In this document: in pieces, positions 21,847 through 33,061 of the stretch
Layout of the letters: every line of letters begins with the position of its first letter
How positions within the stretch are numbered: position 1 is the first letter of the stretch
Source of the DNA: an uncultured candidate division Zixibacteria bacterium
GTDB taxonomy: Bacteria; Zixibacteria; MSB-5A5; GN15; FEB-12
DNA length: 64,000 nt
Assembly (NCBI GenBank): GCA_963806185.1
Contig: CAWDXE010000001.1
Span: forward strand, 608,001 to 672,000
Direction of reading: 5' to 3'
Notes under the pieces: generated by a model
The model's input: only the letters and a program-made list of their open reading frames with translations
Databases searched by the model: none
What the model was told of the DNA's origin: nothing
Position numbers and translations under genes: made by a program

Positions 21847-23120
21847 CGAAGCTGCCGGCAGCCGTCCGCAACGGCCTGGTACTTCTGTACGGCCTGTTTG
21901 TTCTCGGCTCGACCTTCTCCATTGCCATCGCTCAATCGGCTCTCGGCCTGTCCTTGATGCTGTTTGTCGTCATCGTCATCGTCTGGAAACACCAGCCGTT
22001 TGTTCCGCCGCTCCGCAGCGTCTATCTCATGATCGGTCTCTACGTGGCGGGAATGCTAATTGCAGGGCTGATGAACAGCACGCCGTTCAAGTCGGTCGAG
22101 ATGATCAAGGAGGAATGGCTGTTCAGCGCTCTGTTGGTGGGTATTGCGGTCATGCAATTCGACGGTGTTCCGCGCCGCTTGATCACATTGTTCTCGATTG
22201 GCGTTTGCTTTATCTCGCTCTACAGTATCATTCAGCACTTCACCGGCTGGCATCCCCTCAAGCCGTCATTTCCCGTCGAAGCGAGCGAATATGGTTGGCG
22301 GGTCGAGGGAAACTTCACTCATCCGCTGACATTCGCCAATTACTACGGCACCGCGGCTTGCGTTCTGCTGGGCTACGCCCTGGTCCAGGGCGACGATCTG
22401 TCGCGTAGAGCAAGAATCTGGTTTCTTACTGTCGCGTCGCTGGCTGGGATTTCGGTCATGTTTGCTCTTAGTCGTGGCCCGGCCGCCGCGCTGTTGGCCA
22501 CTTTGGTAGTCGGCGTGATCATTGTTGGCCGAAAATTCCAAAGACTGACTATCGGTGCGCTGGTAGTGGTACTTGTCGGTGTGGCGATATCGTCGGGCCT
22601 AGTGCTCCGGTATGCCGATCAACAGGCGATGGATTTCGGAGGGAAGGACGAAGGTGGGCGTGTCTTCATCTGGTCGCGGGCGGCCGAGATCATACGGTCT
22701 AATCCGGTGTTTGGAGTCGGACAGGGCAACTTCTCTGAGGAGTATTCAAAACGAATCCGCCCGGAAGCGCGGGCGACCCGGAATATGGCTCACGCGCATA
22801 ACGATCCGCTGACGGTCGGAGCCATCTCCGGCATTCCAACGGCGCTTGCGTTTCTGGGCATGTGGGCTGCTGTGCTCTGGCTGTTGTGGCGCGGCTATCG
22901 AAAACCGGATATATCGACCGCCGAACGGCGTCTATTTCTGGCCTCTCTGCTCGGAGCCGTAGTCTTCCTGCTCGGCTCGATGACCGAGGCCACGTTTTCC
23001 GACGAGGAAGTGCGCCAGATGTTGATGTTTGTCTGGGCGATAGGGCTGGCGGTCTGGTATAAGAGAGTGTTGGAGCCGGACAAAACGATCGGCGACCGTG
23101 ACTTGACAACCGCAAAATAA
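21843..23120 (+). CDS. O-antigen ligase family membrane protein
   Basis: Multi-TM; SRG, GRVFIW...PVFGVGQGNF, HAHND. Confidence 0.85.
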   Translation: MTKLPAAVRNGLVLLYGLFVLGSTFSIAIAQSALGLSLMLFVVIVIVWKHQPFVPPLRSVYLMIGLYVAGMLIAGLMNSTPFKSVEMIKEEWLFSALLVGIAVMQFDGVPRRLITLFSIGVCFISLYSIIQHFTGWHPLKPSFPVEASEYGWRVEGNFTHPLTFANYYGTAACVLLGYALVQGDDLSRRARIWFLTVASLAGISVMFALSRGPAAALLATLVVGVIIVGRKFQRLTIGALVVVLVGVAISSGLVLRYADQQAMDFGGKDEGGRVFIWSRAAEIIRSNPVFGVGQGNFSEEYSKRIRPEARATRNMAHAHNDPLTVGAISGIPTALAFLGMWAAVLWLLWRGYRKPDISTAERRLFLASLLGAVVFLLGSMTEATFSDEEVRQMLMFVWAIGLAVWYKRVLEPDKTIGDRDLTTAK

Positions 23121-23137
23121 CCAGTAAGTTATCGCGT

Positions 23138-23419
23138 ATGGCAGTACCCAAAAAGAAAACCGTGGCCGCGGCGCCCGCCGGATTGGTGTCGGACGGCACC
23201 CGGACTTTCGTCTGGCCCTTCGGCAAGAAGAATTACATCCTCTTTGGCGTGGCTCTGGCCGTCATTGCTATTGGCTTTCTGTTTCTGGCTCAGGGATCGA
23301 TAACGCTGGCTCCTTTCCTTCTGGTTGTGGGGTATTGCGTGCTGGTTCCGTGGGCGATCTTGGCCAAGAACCAGCCAAAGGCCGAGGCCCCCGCCGACAG
23401 TTCCAACGTCAGCGCCTGA
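23138..23419 (+). CDS. Small 2-TM membrane protein (DUF3098-like)
   Basis: FGKKNYILF...GF...ITLAPFLLVVGY. Confidence 0.65.
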   Translation: MAVPKKKTVAAAPAGLVSDGTRTFVWPFGKKNYILFGVALAVIAIGFLFLAQGSITLAPFLLVVGYCVLVPWAILAKNQPKAEAPADSSNVSA

Positions 23420-23494
23420 TTCCTTTGCATCTCAACAACTTGGTCCTCAGTAGCGGGCCGGTCGTTTTTTTACGCGTATAGAGTCTGTCTGCCC

Positions 23495-23522
23495 TTGCCT
23501 TTTCGGAGCCGTTGTATATATT
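23495..23522 (+). promoter_or_regulatory. Putative sigma70 promoter of the tRNA pair
   Basis: TTGCCT-N16-TATATT about 90 bp upstream of tRNA-Val. Confidence 0.4.
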
Positions 23523-23614
23523 GGCGCGCTGACCATCGCGGAACCTGATTGTAGACCAGCCTCTTAGCGGCGCAGGGTCTCATGCCGAGGGTGACACCCG
23601 GCCCAGAATGAACC

Positions 23615-23688
23615 GGGCGGTTAGCTCAGCTGGTTAGAGCACCTGCCTTACACGCAGGGGGTCACTAGTTCGAATCTAGTACCGCCCA
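23615..23688 (+). tRNA. tRNA-Val(TAC)
   Basis: GGGCGGT/ACCGCCC acceptor stem, CCTGC-CTTACAC-GCAGG anticodon arm, GTTCGAAT T-loop; CCA not encoded. Confidence 0.95.
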
Positions 23689-23773
23689 GTATAGAGCACC
23701 GCAAGGGAATCGACGGTCAGTGGTGAGGCGCAAGGCCGAGCCGCCGGGCAATCCGGCACGACAAATAGCCAAC

Positions 23774-23847
23774 GGGGTTGTAGTTCAGTTGGTTAGAACG
23801 CATGCCTGTCACGCATGAGGTCGCGAGTTCGAGTCTCGTCAACCCCG
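23774..23847 (+). tRNA. tRNA-Asp(GTC), putative integration target
   Basis: GGGGTTG/CAACCCC acceptor stem, CATGC-CTGTCAC-GCATG anticodon arm, GTTCGAGT T-loop. Confidence 0.95.
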
Positions 23848-23945
23848 CTTATAATTGGTCATAAATTCTTGGTTCGCGTCACCACAATCCTCGATTGATT
23901 TCCGCCTTTCGCAGCAGCGTTTCTGATCGGCTGGCAGCCCTGACA

Positions 23946-23967
23946 TCTTTACGCCTTCTTTACGCCT
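23946..23967 (+). promoter_or_regulatory. Putative KdpE (OmpR-family) binding site
   Basis: Perfect 11-bp tandem repeat TCTTTACGCCT x2 upstream of the porin-kdp operon. Confidence 0.55.
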
Positions 23968-24480
23968 CTCGACGCTTTCTTGAGAATCCTTCAATTCACA
24001 TTTGCACTATATCTACGTGAGTCGCGGCGAAACACGTAGTGAAGTTTCTGCCGCCGACCAGGGAAACGAGGTGTCTATGCGGACTGTCAATTCCGGTGGA
24101 AAGGACATTGTGAAGACGATCGCGCTCATCATTTTGATGACCGCTGTCTTCGTCTTTGCGCTCTATGCGGCCAAGGCCCTTGTCGACGGCTGGCCGCTCA
24201 CTCATTGATCCATGTGTAGGAAATGACACGCCAAATGCGAAATGTACGTTGTCTCATAAGGGCCGGTATGATCGAAGTCGCCAAGTTTCTGGCGCTGTCC
24301 GCGCTGATAGCGACCGGCGTATTCACCGCTATGTTCGTCGCCCAGGCGCTTTCGATTATTCGATTTCAGCAGCAAGCGGTAATCTCGCGATCAATTTCGC
24401 ACAGGCCAGTTCGAGAATTCAGAAAGATATTACCGTTAAATCGAACATTCAGCGCTCTCGAATCAGAAAGTTGGAGAAAG

Positions 24481-25845
24481 ATGAAGTTCAAAGAGCTGTC
24501 CGGAGTCATGCTAAGCATTCTGGTTCTAATCTGCGGTACCGCCCTCGCGGAACAAAAGGGTCAACCTTTCGAAGGAATCGATCAAACCTGGCAAAACGGC
24601 AGCGATCGACGCGATTCGTCCGTATTCAAGGATATGAAGTACTTCACGCCAAGCGTTTTGATCGATCTCAACTACAATTTCTCATTCAGAGATCCAATCG
24701 ACAATACGGCGGTGGGTTCAACAGCGGTGGCTCGTCACAATGAAGTGCAGCTGTCGGCACTGCATTTCGGTGGCGACTTTACGTTTGACAACGCCCGCGG
24801 GCGAATCATGACGCAGTTCGGCACGCGCTCGACCGTTGTTCCCAGAAACGACTTCAGTCCGTATCGCGGTCAATACCAACTGGCTAATGTATACCGCTAT
24901 TTGAGTGAGGCCTACGCCGGCTATCACATTAATAAGGCGTATGGCGTTAACATCGATATGGGCTTGTTTATGTCATACATTGGCCTCAACTCGTTTTACC
25001 AACCCGAAAATTGGGAATACCAGGCCTCCTTCACGTCCGACAATACTCCCTGGTTCTTCAATGGCATTCGAATTCAGATACACCCATCGCGCTTTCTGAA
25101 GATCGAACCCTGGATTATTAATGGTTGGCAAAGTTATGGCAAATTCAATACCATGCCTGGGTTGGGAGCGAACATCACGTGGATGCCGAACAGTAACGTG
25201 AAGCTGTTGACGAACGACTATTTTGGTACCGACGCGGCCGGGATCAAGTCACGCAAGCGTTTCCACTCGGACAATAGTTTTCTGTTGCGGTACCATGAGA
25301 ATCCGCAGAGCAAAGGGATCACACGGGCGGCTTTCTCTTTCACCGGCGACATCGGCTTTGAGAAAGGTGGCGGCGTAAACGGATTCTCTGACGGAGACTC
25401 AACTCAGGGGCCGGCGCAGTACTTTCTAAGTGCCATGTTCTATAATCGCGTGTGGTTCCATCAAAACAGGTTTGCGTGGACAATCGGCGGCGGGGCGATG
25501 ACCAATCCGGGTCGCTACCTCGTGTTGTACCCGACTGGAGAGGCGAGCCCCCTTCCGGATCCGAACGATCCGACAAAGTTCGAGGGCGCCTACCCTTTTT
25601 CGGCAAACCCGGGTGACAAGTTTAGAGCATGGGATATATCGACAAATATTGACTATATGCCCAACCAGAGTGTGACTTTCCGGCTGGAATTGGTGCATCG
25701 CGAAGCCAGTGTCCCGTACTTCGCGGGGCGGGGAGGCGTGACATCGCAAAGCGGTTATTCGACGACAGCGCTGGACCCCAATTGGCGTCCCGATCTGGTG
25801 AAGTCCGAAACCAGAATCATTCTGGCGACGCTCTTTAGACTCTGA
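24481..25845 (+). CDS. Outer-membrane beta-barrel (porin-like) protein heading the kdp operon
   Basis: RBS GGAGA, signal peptide MKFKELSG...ALA, aromatic-rich beta pattern, ends LATLFRL. Confidence 0.75.
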   Translation: MKFKELSGVMLSILVLICGTALAEQKGQPFEGIDQTWQNGSDRRDSSVFKDMKYFTPSVLIDLNYNFSFRDPIDNTAVGSTAVARHNEVQLSALHFGGDFTFDNARGRIMTQFGTRSTVVPRNDFSPYRGQYQLANVYRYLSEAYAGYHINKAYGVNIDMGLFMSYIGLNSFYQPENWEYQASFTSDNTPWFFNGIRIQIHPSRFLKIEPWIINGWQSYGKFNTMPGLGANITWMPNSNVKLLTNDYFGTDAAGIKSRKRFHSDNSFLLRYHENPQSKGITRAAFSFTGDIGFEKGGGVNGFSDGDSTQGPAQYFLSAMFYNRVWFHQNRFAWTIGGGAMTNPGRYLVLYPTGEASPLPDPNDPTKFEGAYPFSANPGDKFRAWDISTNIDYMPNQSVTFRLELVHREASVPYFAGRGGVTSQSGYSTTALDPNWRPDLVKSETRIILATLFRL

Positions 25846-25886
25846 CCGGCAATCGGAAACAACACCTTTCACATGGGAACCACGGT

Positions 25887-25973
25887 ATGGAATTCATAAT
25901 CGGCGGGATAGTAGCGTTGGCGTTGCTCATTTACCTGGTATACGCCCTGTTTCACCCGGAGAAACTGACCTAA
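25887..25973 (+). CDS. kdpF: K+-transporting ATPase subunit F
   Basis: Manual translation MEFIIGGIVALALLIYLVYALFHPEKLT* directly before kdpA. Confidence 0.88.
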   Translation: MEFIIGGIVALALLIYLVYALFHPEKLT

Positions 25974-25982
25974 GAGGAATCG

Positions 25983-27674
25983 ATGAACTCACTTGATTAC
26001 GTGCAAATTGCGCTCTATGTCGGTGCCTTGATCGTGCTGACCCCGCTCCTGGGTGGATTTATGGCGAGAGTGTTGGGCGGCCAACGCCACCTACTCTCTG
26101 CCCCCCTGGGTTGGCTGGAGCGCCTGATATACAGATTGTCTGGCGTTAATCCGGCCGAGGAGACGCACTGGAAAACCTATGCATGGGCGCTGCTCTGGTT
26201 CAATTTCTTCGGTTTTCTGGTCGTGTTCTTGCTGCAGGTGACGCAGCAGTGGCTGCCCCTCAATCCGCAGAATCTGCCGGCCGTGTCGTGGCATTCCGCG
26301 ATTAGTACGGCCGTCAGTTTCATGACGAACACCAACTGGCAGGGGTATGGCGGCGAAAATACGATGAGCTATCTGACACAAATGCTCGGGCTGACGGTTC
26401 AGAACTTTGTGTCGGCGGCCACAGCGATCGGTGTACTGCTGGCGCTTGTTCGCGGGTTCATGCGAAAGTCCAGCAATACCATCGGTAATTTCTGGACAGA
26501 TCTGACGCGGACAACCATCTATATCCTTCTTCCCCTTGCTATCATCTACACGGTTATTCTCGTTGGCCAGGGCGTCGTCCAGACCAACGATAATTATCAG
26601 ACAGTGACTACACTTGAAGGTCAGCAGCAGACGATCGCGGTCGGACCTGCGGCATCGCAGATTGCGATCAAGCAACTTGGTACCAACGGCGGCGGCTTCT
26701 TCAATGCCAATAGTTCTGTACCGTTCGAGAATCCCACCCCGGTGTCGAATTTCTTTGAGATGCTGGCGCTTTTACTAATTCCGGCGTCCTTGGCATATAC
26801 CTACGGCAAACTTATCGGCAATATACGACACGGCTGGCTGATCTTCTCGGTTATGCTCTTGCTGTTCATCGGGGGATTAGCCGCATCGCTGTACAGCGAG
26901 TTCTCTCCCAATGCGGTTACCAACACCTCTGCCAATATGGAAGGCAAGGAAGTGAGGTTCGGGGTAACAAATAGCGTGATCTGGTCGACTGCGACGACCG
27001 ATGCCTCCAACGGGTCGGTCAACGCCATGCATGACAGCCTGACGCCCATCGCAGGCGGAGTGGCTATGTTCAATATGATGCTGGGCGAGATCATCTTCGG
27101 CGGAGTCGGGTGCGGATTGTACGGCATGCTTCTGTTCGTGCTTCTCACCGTGTTTCTTGCCGGTCTGATGGTGGGAAGAACACCGGAATATCTCGGGAAA
27201 AAGATTGAGGCAAGTGATATCAAGTGGGTGATTTTCGCCATTGTGGTGCCGAGTGTCGTGCTATTGATCCAGGCGGGGATCTCCGCCGTGGTCAAGCCTG
27301 GGTTATCGAGTCTCGCCAACGCGGGACCGCATGGCTTGAGTGAGATCCTGTACGCATTCGCCAGCGGCATCGGCAACAATGGCAGTGCCTTTGGTGGGCT
27401 CAGTGCCAATACCGTATACTATAATTTGATGATCGCATTGTCTATGCTGGTCGGGCGTTTTGCGATTCTCTTGCCGGTTCTGGCCGTGTCCGGTCAAATG
27501 GTAACGAAAAATGTCACTCCCGTTTCGGCAGGTACGTTTTCCACCAACAGTGGGGTATTTGTCATCCTTCTCCTTGGCGTCATACTAATTGTTGGCGCGC
27601 TGACCTTCTTCCCCGCGCTCTGCCTGGGACCGATAATCGAGCAATTCCTAATGAACGCAGGACAAACTTTCTGA
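25983..27674 (+). CDS. kdpA: K+-transporting ATPase subunit A
   Basis: [46 protein letters not shown]. Confidence 0.97.
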   Translation: MNSLDYVQIALYVGALIVLTPLLGGFMARVLGGQRHLLSAPLGWLERLIYRLSGVNPAEETHWKTYAWALLWFNFFGFLVVFLLQVTQQWLPLNPQNLPAVSWHSAISTAVSFMTNTNWQGYGGENTMSYLTQMLGLTVQNFVSAATAIGVLLALVRGFMRKSSNTIGNFWTDLTRTTIYILLPLAIIYTVILVGQGVVQTNDNYQTVTTLEGQQQTIAVGPAASQIAIKQLGTNGGGFFNANSSVPFENPTPVSNFFEMLALLLIPASLAYTYGKLIGNIRHGWLIFSVMLLLFIGGLAASLYSEFSPNAVTNTSANMEGKEVRFGVTNSVIWSTATTDASNGSVNAMHDSLTPIAGGVAMFNMMLGEIIFGGVGCGLYGMLLFVLLTVFLAGLMVGRTPEYLGKKIEASDIKWVIFAIVVPSVVLLIQAGISAVVKPGLSSLANAGPHGLSEILYAFASGIGNNGSAFGGLSANTVYYNLMIALSMLVGRFAILLPVLAVSGQMVTKNVTPVSAGTFSTNSGVFVILLLGVILIVGALTFFPALCLGPIIEQFLMNAGQTF

Positions 27675-27684
27675 GGCAACGGCA

Positions 27685-29788
27685 ATGGAGACAAAAGTAG
27701 AAGTAACATCGATGAAATCGCTTATATGGCCGGCAGTTGGTGACGCCTTTCGCAAATTGAACCCTCGCGTGCAATGGCGCAATCCGGTGATGTTTGTGAC
27801 CGAGGTAGGCGCGGTTGCGACCACGATTTCGTTTTTCTGGGGCATCGCCCACGGACAATACTCCGGGTTTGACCTGCAGATCAGCCTTTGGCTGTGGTTC
27901 ACCGTGGTATTCGCCAATTTTGCGGAATCGATAGCCGAAGGCAGAGGCAAGGCGCAGGCTGAAAGCCTCAAAAGAGGTCGTTCTCAGGTGATGGCTCGCT
28001 TGATCGGCCGAAACGGAACGGCCAAGGTAGCGCCGGCAGAGACGCTGAATCTTGGCGACCGTGTGATATGCGAGACCGGCGACATAATCCCTGCCGACGG
28101 CGAAGTCGTGGAAGGCATCGCATCAGTCGATGAATCAGCGATCACGGGCGAATCGGCGCCGGTTATCCGTGAGAGCGGCGGCGATCGCAGCGCTGTCACC
28201 GGCGGAACAAAGGTAATCAGCGATCGCATCATCGTTCAGGTGACGGCGCAACCTGGTCACGGTTTCGTCGACCGCATGATCGCCCTCATAGAGGGCGCCA
28301 AGCGCCAGAAGACGCCCAACGAGATCGCCCTGAGTATTGTACTCGCCGGCTTGACAATCGTATTTCTAATCACGGTCGCGACGTTGAAATTCTTCGCCGA
28401 CTACAGCGGGACGGCATCGCACCAGGATCTATCGACGATTGTGACGATTCCAGTACTTGTGGCGCTGCTGGTCTGTCTCATCCCCACCACTATTGGCGGT
28501 CTTCTGAGCGCGATCGGGATTGCCGGCATTGACCGGCTCATTCGTCGAAACGTGATTGCCACAAGCGGCCGGGCGGTCGAGGCGGCCGGCGATATCGACG
28601 TGCTTCTGATGGACAAGACCGGAACCATCACTCTGGGAAACCGAATGGCCACCGAATTTCACCCGGCACCTTTCGTTACCGCGCACCAGCTGGCGGAAAG
28701 CGCACAACTGGCATCGCTTTCCGACGAGACGCCGGAGGGACGATCAATCGTCGTGCTCGCCAAAGAGAAATTCGGGCTAAGCGCACAGACCTTAACCCCG
28801 CACGACGCGCGTTTCGTCCCATTTTCCGCGGCCACACGTATGAGTGGGATCGATATACACGACACTGACAACGGCGAAATGCACATGTGCATTCGCAAAG
28901 GGGCTTTGGACGCAATCCAAGTGCTATCTCGAAAGAGCCGGCAGCACAATGCCGGCAGAAGTCGTCGCAGCGGCTGAGTCAATAGCGCGCTCGGGTGGGA
29001 CTCCGCTCGCGGTAGCAAGCGATTCACAAGTACTCGGTGTCATTCATCTGAAAGATGTCGTCAAGGGCGGCATTCGGGAACGCTTTGCCGAAATGCGGCG
29101 CATGGGTATTCGAACGGTAATGATCACCGGCGACAATCCGCTTACCGCCGCGGCGATCGCCGCCGAGGCCGGTGTCGATGACTTTCTGCCCCAGGCGACG
29201 CCCGAGATGAAACTGCAGCGTATCCGCGACGAACAGAAGGCGGGCCATCTCGTTGCTATGACCGGCGACGGCACCAATGACGCCCCGGCGCTGGCGCAAG
29301 CCGATGTCGGCGTGGCCATGAACACCGGCACACAGGCGGCACGCGAGGCCGGCAACATGGTCGACCTGGACAGCAACCCAACCAAGCTGATCGATGTGGT
29401 CGAGACGGGCAAGCAGATGCTCATGACGCGCGGCGCGCTGACGACATTCAGCATCGCCAATGACGTGGCCAAGTACTTCGCTATTATTCCGGCGATGTTT
29501 GCGTCACTTTACGCAAGCGCCGGATCGCAAGCCGGACCGTTGGCGGCACTTAACGTCATGCGACTGGCGTCTCCGCAGAGCGCAATACTGAGCGCCGTCA
29601 TCTTTAACGCGCTCATTATCATCGCCTTGGTTCCGTTGGCACTGCGCGGCGTGAAGTACCGAGCCGAGGGCGCATCGGCGGTGCTTCGGAGAAACATCTT
29701 TATCTACGGGTTTGGCGGCCTGATTGCACCATTTGTAGGCATTAAACTAATCGATATGCTGGTGACTGCGCTCGGGTTTGCCGGGTAG
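27685..29788 (+). CDS. kdpB: K+-transporting ATPase subunit B, frameshift near 28915
   Basis: [23 protein letters not shown] in the first frame; [27 protein letters not shown] in the second. Confidence 0.95.
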
Positions 29789-29797
29789 GAGACAAAC

Positions 29798-30361
29798 ATG
29801 AAGATCATCTTACAATCGATTCGAATTCTCCTGGTATTTACAGTTCTCACAGGCCTGTTGTACCCTCTGGCCATGACAGGCCTCGCACAGTTGATCATGC
29901 CCGTGAAGGCTAATGGCAGCATGGTCACCCGCAATGGCCAGCTTGTTGGATCAGAGTTGGTCGGTCAGACATTCGCGCTGGACAAGTACTTTTGGCCGCG
30001 ACCGTCAGCCGTAGGATACAATCCAGTGCCTTCCGGGGGAACGAACCTGGGCCCGACCAGTTCGACGCTCAGGGATTCAGTTGCGGCACGAGCGGCGAGG
30101 TTCAGTATGCCGGTTGGTGTTATCCCGCCGGATTTGCTCGAAGCGTCCGGAAGCGGCCTGGATCCACACATCAGCCCGGAAGCTGCACTATTCCAAGCCG
30201 ATAGAGTTGCCGCGGCGCGATCCATCGAAAGAGCGGATATGGACAAGCTGGTATCCCTAATGACTCACCTGACCGAACCGCCGCAATGGGGCATTTTTGG
30301 CCAACCGCGCATAAACGTCCTGCGACTAAATCTGGCGTTGGACTCAGTGTTTAGCAGATAG
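29798..30361 (+). CDS. kdpC: K+-transporting ATPase subunit C
   Basis: YFWPRPSA, SGSGLDPHIS, INVLRLNLALD. Confidence 0.95.
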   Translation: MKIILQSIRILLVFTVLTGLLYPLAMTGLAQLIMPVKANGSMVTRNGQLVGSELVGQTFALDKYFWPRPSAVGYNPVPSGGTNLGPTSSTLRDSVAARAARFSMPVGVIPPDLLEASGSGLDPHISPEAALFQADRVAAARSIERADMDKLVSLMTHLTEPPQWGIFGQPRINVLRLNLALDSVFSR

Positions 30362-30372
30362 TATGTTGCGGT

Positions 30373-33057
30373 ATGCAATCTGACGATCGCCCGGATCCCG
30401 ACCAACTCCTGAGGGCGCTTTCTCGAAACGACACTGAGCGCCCCACTGGAAATCTTCATGTTTTCTTCGGCATGGCCGCCGGCGTTGGAAAAACGTATGC
30501 GATGCTCGAAGCGGCACGAGCCCGCGCAGCTGACGGCACTGACGTGGTGGTTGGCTTGGTGGAGACTCACGGCCGAGCCGAGACCGAACGCCTCCTGCAA
30601 GGGCTGACGGTCATTCCCCGCAGGAAGACTACCTACCGAGATGTCGAACTCGCCGAAATGGACATCGATGCAATACTGGCTCGAAGGCCGCAACTGGCGT
30701 TAGTCGATGAGTTAGCTCACACGAACGTCCCGGGATCGCGCCATCCGAAGCGGTGGCAGGATGTCGTGGAATTGCTCGACGCCGGGATCGACGTGTTCAC
30801 CACCTTGAACGTACAACACGTTGAATCGCGCAAGGATTCCGTGCAAACCATCGCCGGTATTACCATTCGTGAATGCGTTCCCGATCAGCTACTCGAGCGT
30901 GCGGCCCAAATCGAATTGGTCGATATCACACCGGGTGACCTCCTGAAGCGACTAAGAGAAGGCAAAGTCTACCTGGGCGACAAAGCAGATACGGCCGCCG
31001 CCAATTTCTTCAAAGAAGATCGCCTTACGGCGCTACGGGAGTTGTCGCTTCGTTTGACCGCCGAACTGGTCGACAACGCGCTGCATGACATGATGCTCAC
31101 CCAAAGCGGGTCTGCGCGCTGGAAACCCACGGAGCGATTGATGGTCGCGGTGAGTCATAGCCCGTTCTCCGAGGGGCTCATCCGGGCGACCCGGAGAATC
31201 GCCTTCAGTTTGAGCGCGCCGTGGATCGCGGTGAACGTCAACACCGGTGCGATTCTGAGTGATGCAGATCGAGCAACCCTCGCCCGCAATCTTCGGCTGG
31301 TTACTGAGTTGGGTGGCGAACTGGTGTCGACGAGCGATTCTGATATTTCATTAGCGCTTCGACGTGTTGCCGATCAGCGACGCGTCACGCAGCTCGTCAT
31401 AGGTCGCCCTACTTGGCGCTGGCGCGACCTCCTCTCAGGCGGAAGCATTCTCGATCGCCTGGCCCGCCAAGAAGCGCCCTACGATATCTTAGTCCTCCAG
31501 CCAAACAGTCAGGAGATAACACCCGGTCAGACCCGTTCCAATCCACCAGTGAAGTCGTTTCGCCCCGGTCCCTACTATATCGCCGTGGGGACGGTCATAG
31601 CGGTGGCGCTCATTAACGGTCTGCTCTTCGGCGTTATCGGGTATAAGGCCGTCGGGTTTGTCTTTCTCCTGTCGGTGCTCTTGCTGAGTTTGGTTGTACC
31701 CGTCGGAGCTGTCACCACAGGCGCCCTGCTGAGCGCGCTCATCTGGGACTACTTCTTCATTCCGCCGCGCGGGACGATGCATATCTCGTCACCGGAAGAT
31801 GTCATGATGGTAGTATCGTACATCGTCGCGGCGCTTGTACCGGGAAGCCTAACATACCGTTTGCGCACTCGCGAGCGGCTTATTCGAGAGCGCGAAGCGC
31901 GCACCGGTCTGCTTTATGATCTGGCCAAGAATCTTGTCGCCCAACCGAACATGGCCTCCGCACTCGAAAGTCTCTCCCAACGTTTGGGTACCCTTCTACA
32001 GGGTGAGATAGACCTGCTCGTTGTAGATCAGTCAGGCAGGTTGAAATCATCGTCCGTGTTGGGAAACGACTGGCTGGCGACCGAAAAAGAACGTGCGGTG
32101 GCAGTTTGGGCTTTCGAACACGGTCGCGCCGCCGGCTGGGCAACCGATACGCTGCCCATGGCAGCTGCAATGTACCTGCCGCTACGGGGCACGAGCGGAC
32201 CGAGCATGGGAGTCATGGCCTTTCGACCGAAGACAGACCGCCGACTGACCCAGGACGAAGAGAACCTTTTGTCCGCCATTGCTCATCAACTTGTGCTGTC
32301 GGTCGAACGCGATCGTCTGCAGGAGGCGGCACAGCAGGCCGAGCGGCTCAGGGATTCAGAACGGCTGCTGCAGGCAGTAATTGATTCGATTTCCCACGAG
32401 TTGCGGACTCCCCTGACGGCAATCGCAGGCAATGTGTCGGCACTGGCTTCAATGGATGTCACGGCGGACCCTAAAGGGCGTGAGGCAATTGTTAGCGACC
32501 TCCTTAGCATCGTTGACAGACTTAATCGGGTGGTTGGCAACTTACTGGATATGTCGCGCTTTTCCGCAAGCGCGGTAGCATTGCAGGCCGATTGGCACGA
32601 TATAGGCGATCTTATTGTCTCTTCCGTACGGGCGACGGAGCGGCAAACGTCGCACCATACGATACAAATGCGCATTGCAGAAAATCTCCCGCTCGCCTGG
32701 GTCGACTATCGCCTCGTCCAACAAGCCATAGAGAACCTCATCGCAAACGCAGCAAATTACTCTCCGGCGGATAGCTTGGTCGAAATCAGTTGTGAGGCGT
32801 TTGAAAACAGGTTTCTGATATCGGTCTGCGATCGCGGCCCTGGAATTCCGGAAGCTGCGTTACCCCATCTCTTCGAAAAATTCTACCGAGTTCCCGGAAC
32901 ACCTTCAGGCGGAGTTGGGCTCGGTCTGGCGATCGCCAAAGCCATAGTCGAGGTACATGGCGGTTCGATCGGTGCCAGAAATCGACCGAATGGCGGTGCA
33001 GTGTTTTCCATCTCTCTGCCGGTGCGGACTCAGCCGGATATTCCGGGAGAAGCTTGA
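30373..33057 (+). CDS. kdpD: Sensor histidine kinase KdpD
   Basis: GMAAGVGKTYAML, LVDELAHTN, USP domain, TM block, SHELRTPL, GLGLAI. Confidence 0.97.
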   Translation: MQSDDRPDPDQLLRALSRNDTERPTGNLHVFFGMAAGVGKTYAMLEAARARAADGTDVVVGLVETHGRAETERLLQGLTVIPRRKTTYRDVELAEMDIDAILARRPQLALVDELAHTNVPGSRHPKRWQDVVELLDAGIDVFTTLNVQHVESRKDSVQTIAGITIRECVPDQLLERAAQIELVDITPGDLLKRLREGKVYLGDKADTAAANFFKEDRLTALRELSLRLTAELVDNALHDMMLTQSGSARWKPTERLMVAVSHSPFSEGLIRATRRIAFSLSAPWIAVNVNTGAILSDADRATLARNLRLVTELGGELVSTSDSDISLALRRVADQRRVTQLVIGRPTWRWRDLLSGGSILDRLARQEAPYDILVLQPNSQEITPGQTRSNPPVKSFRPGPYYIAVGTVIAVALINGLLFGVIGYKAVGFVFLLSVLLLSLVVPVGAVTTGALLSALIWDYFFIPPRGTMHISSPEDVMMVVSYIVAALVPGSLTYRLRTRERLIREREARTGLLYDLAKNLVAQPNMASALESLSQRLGTLLQGEIDLLVVDQSGRLKSSSVLGNDWLATEKERAVAVWAFEHGRAAGWATDTLPMAAAMYLPLRGTSGPSMGVMAFRPKTDRRLTQDEENLLSAIAHQLVLSVERDRLQEAAQQAERLRDSERLLQAVIDSISHELRTPLTAIAGNVSALASMDVTADPKGREAIVSDLLSIVDRLNRVVGNLLDMSRFSASAVALQADWHDIGDLIVSSVRATERQTSHHTIQMRIAENLPLAWVDYRLVQQAIENLIANAANYSPADSLVEISCEAFENRFLISVCDRGPGIPEAALPHLFEKFYRVPGTPSGGVGLGLAIAKAIVEVHGGSIGARNRPNGGAVFSISLPVRTQPDIPGEA

Positions 33058-33061
33058 TCAC

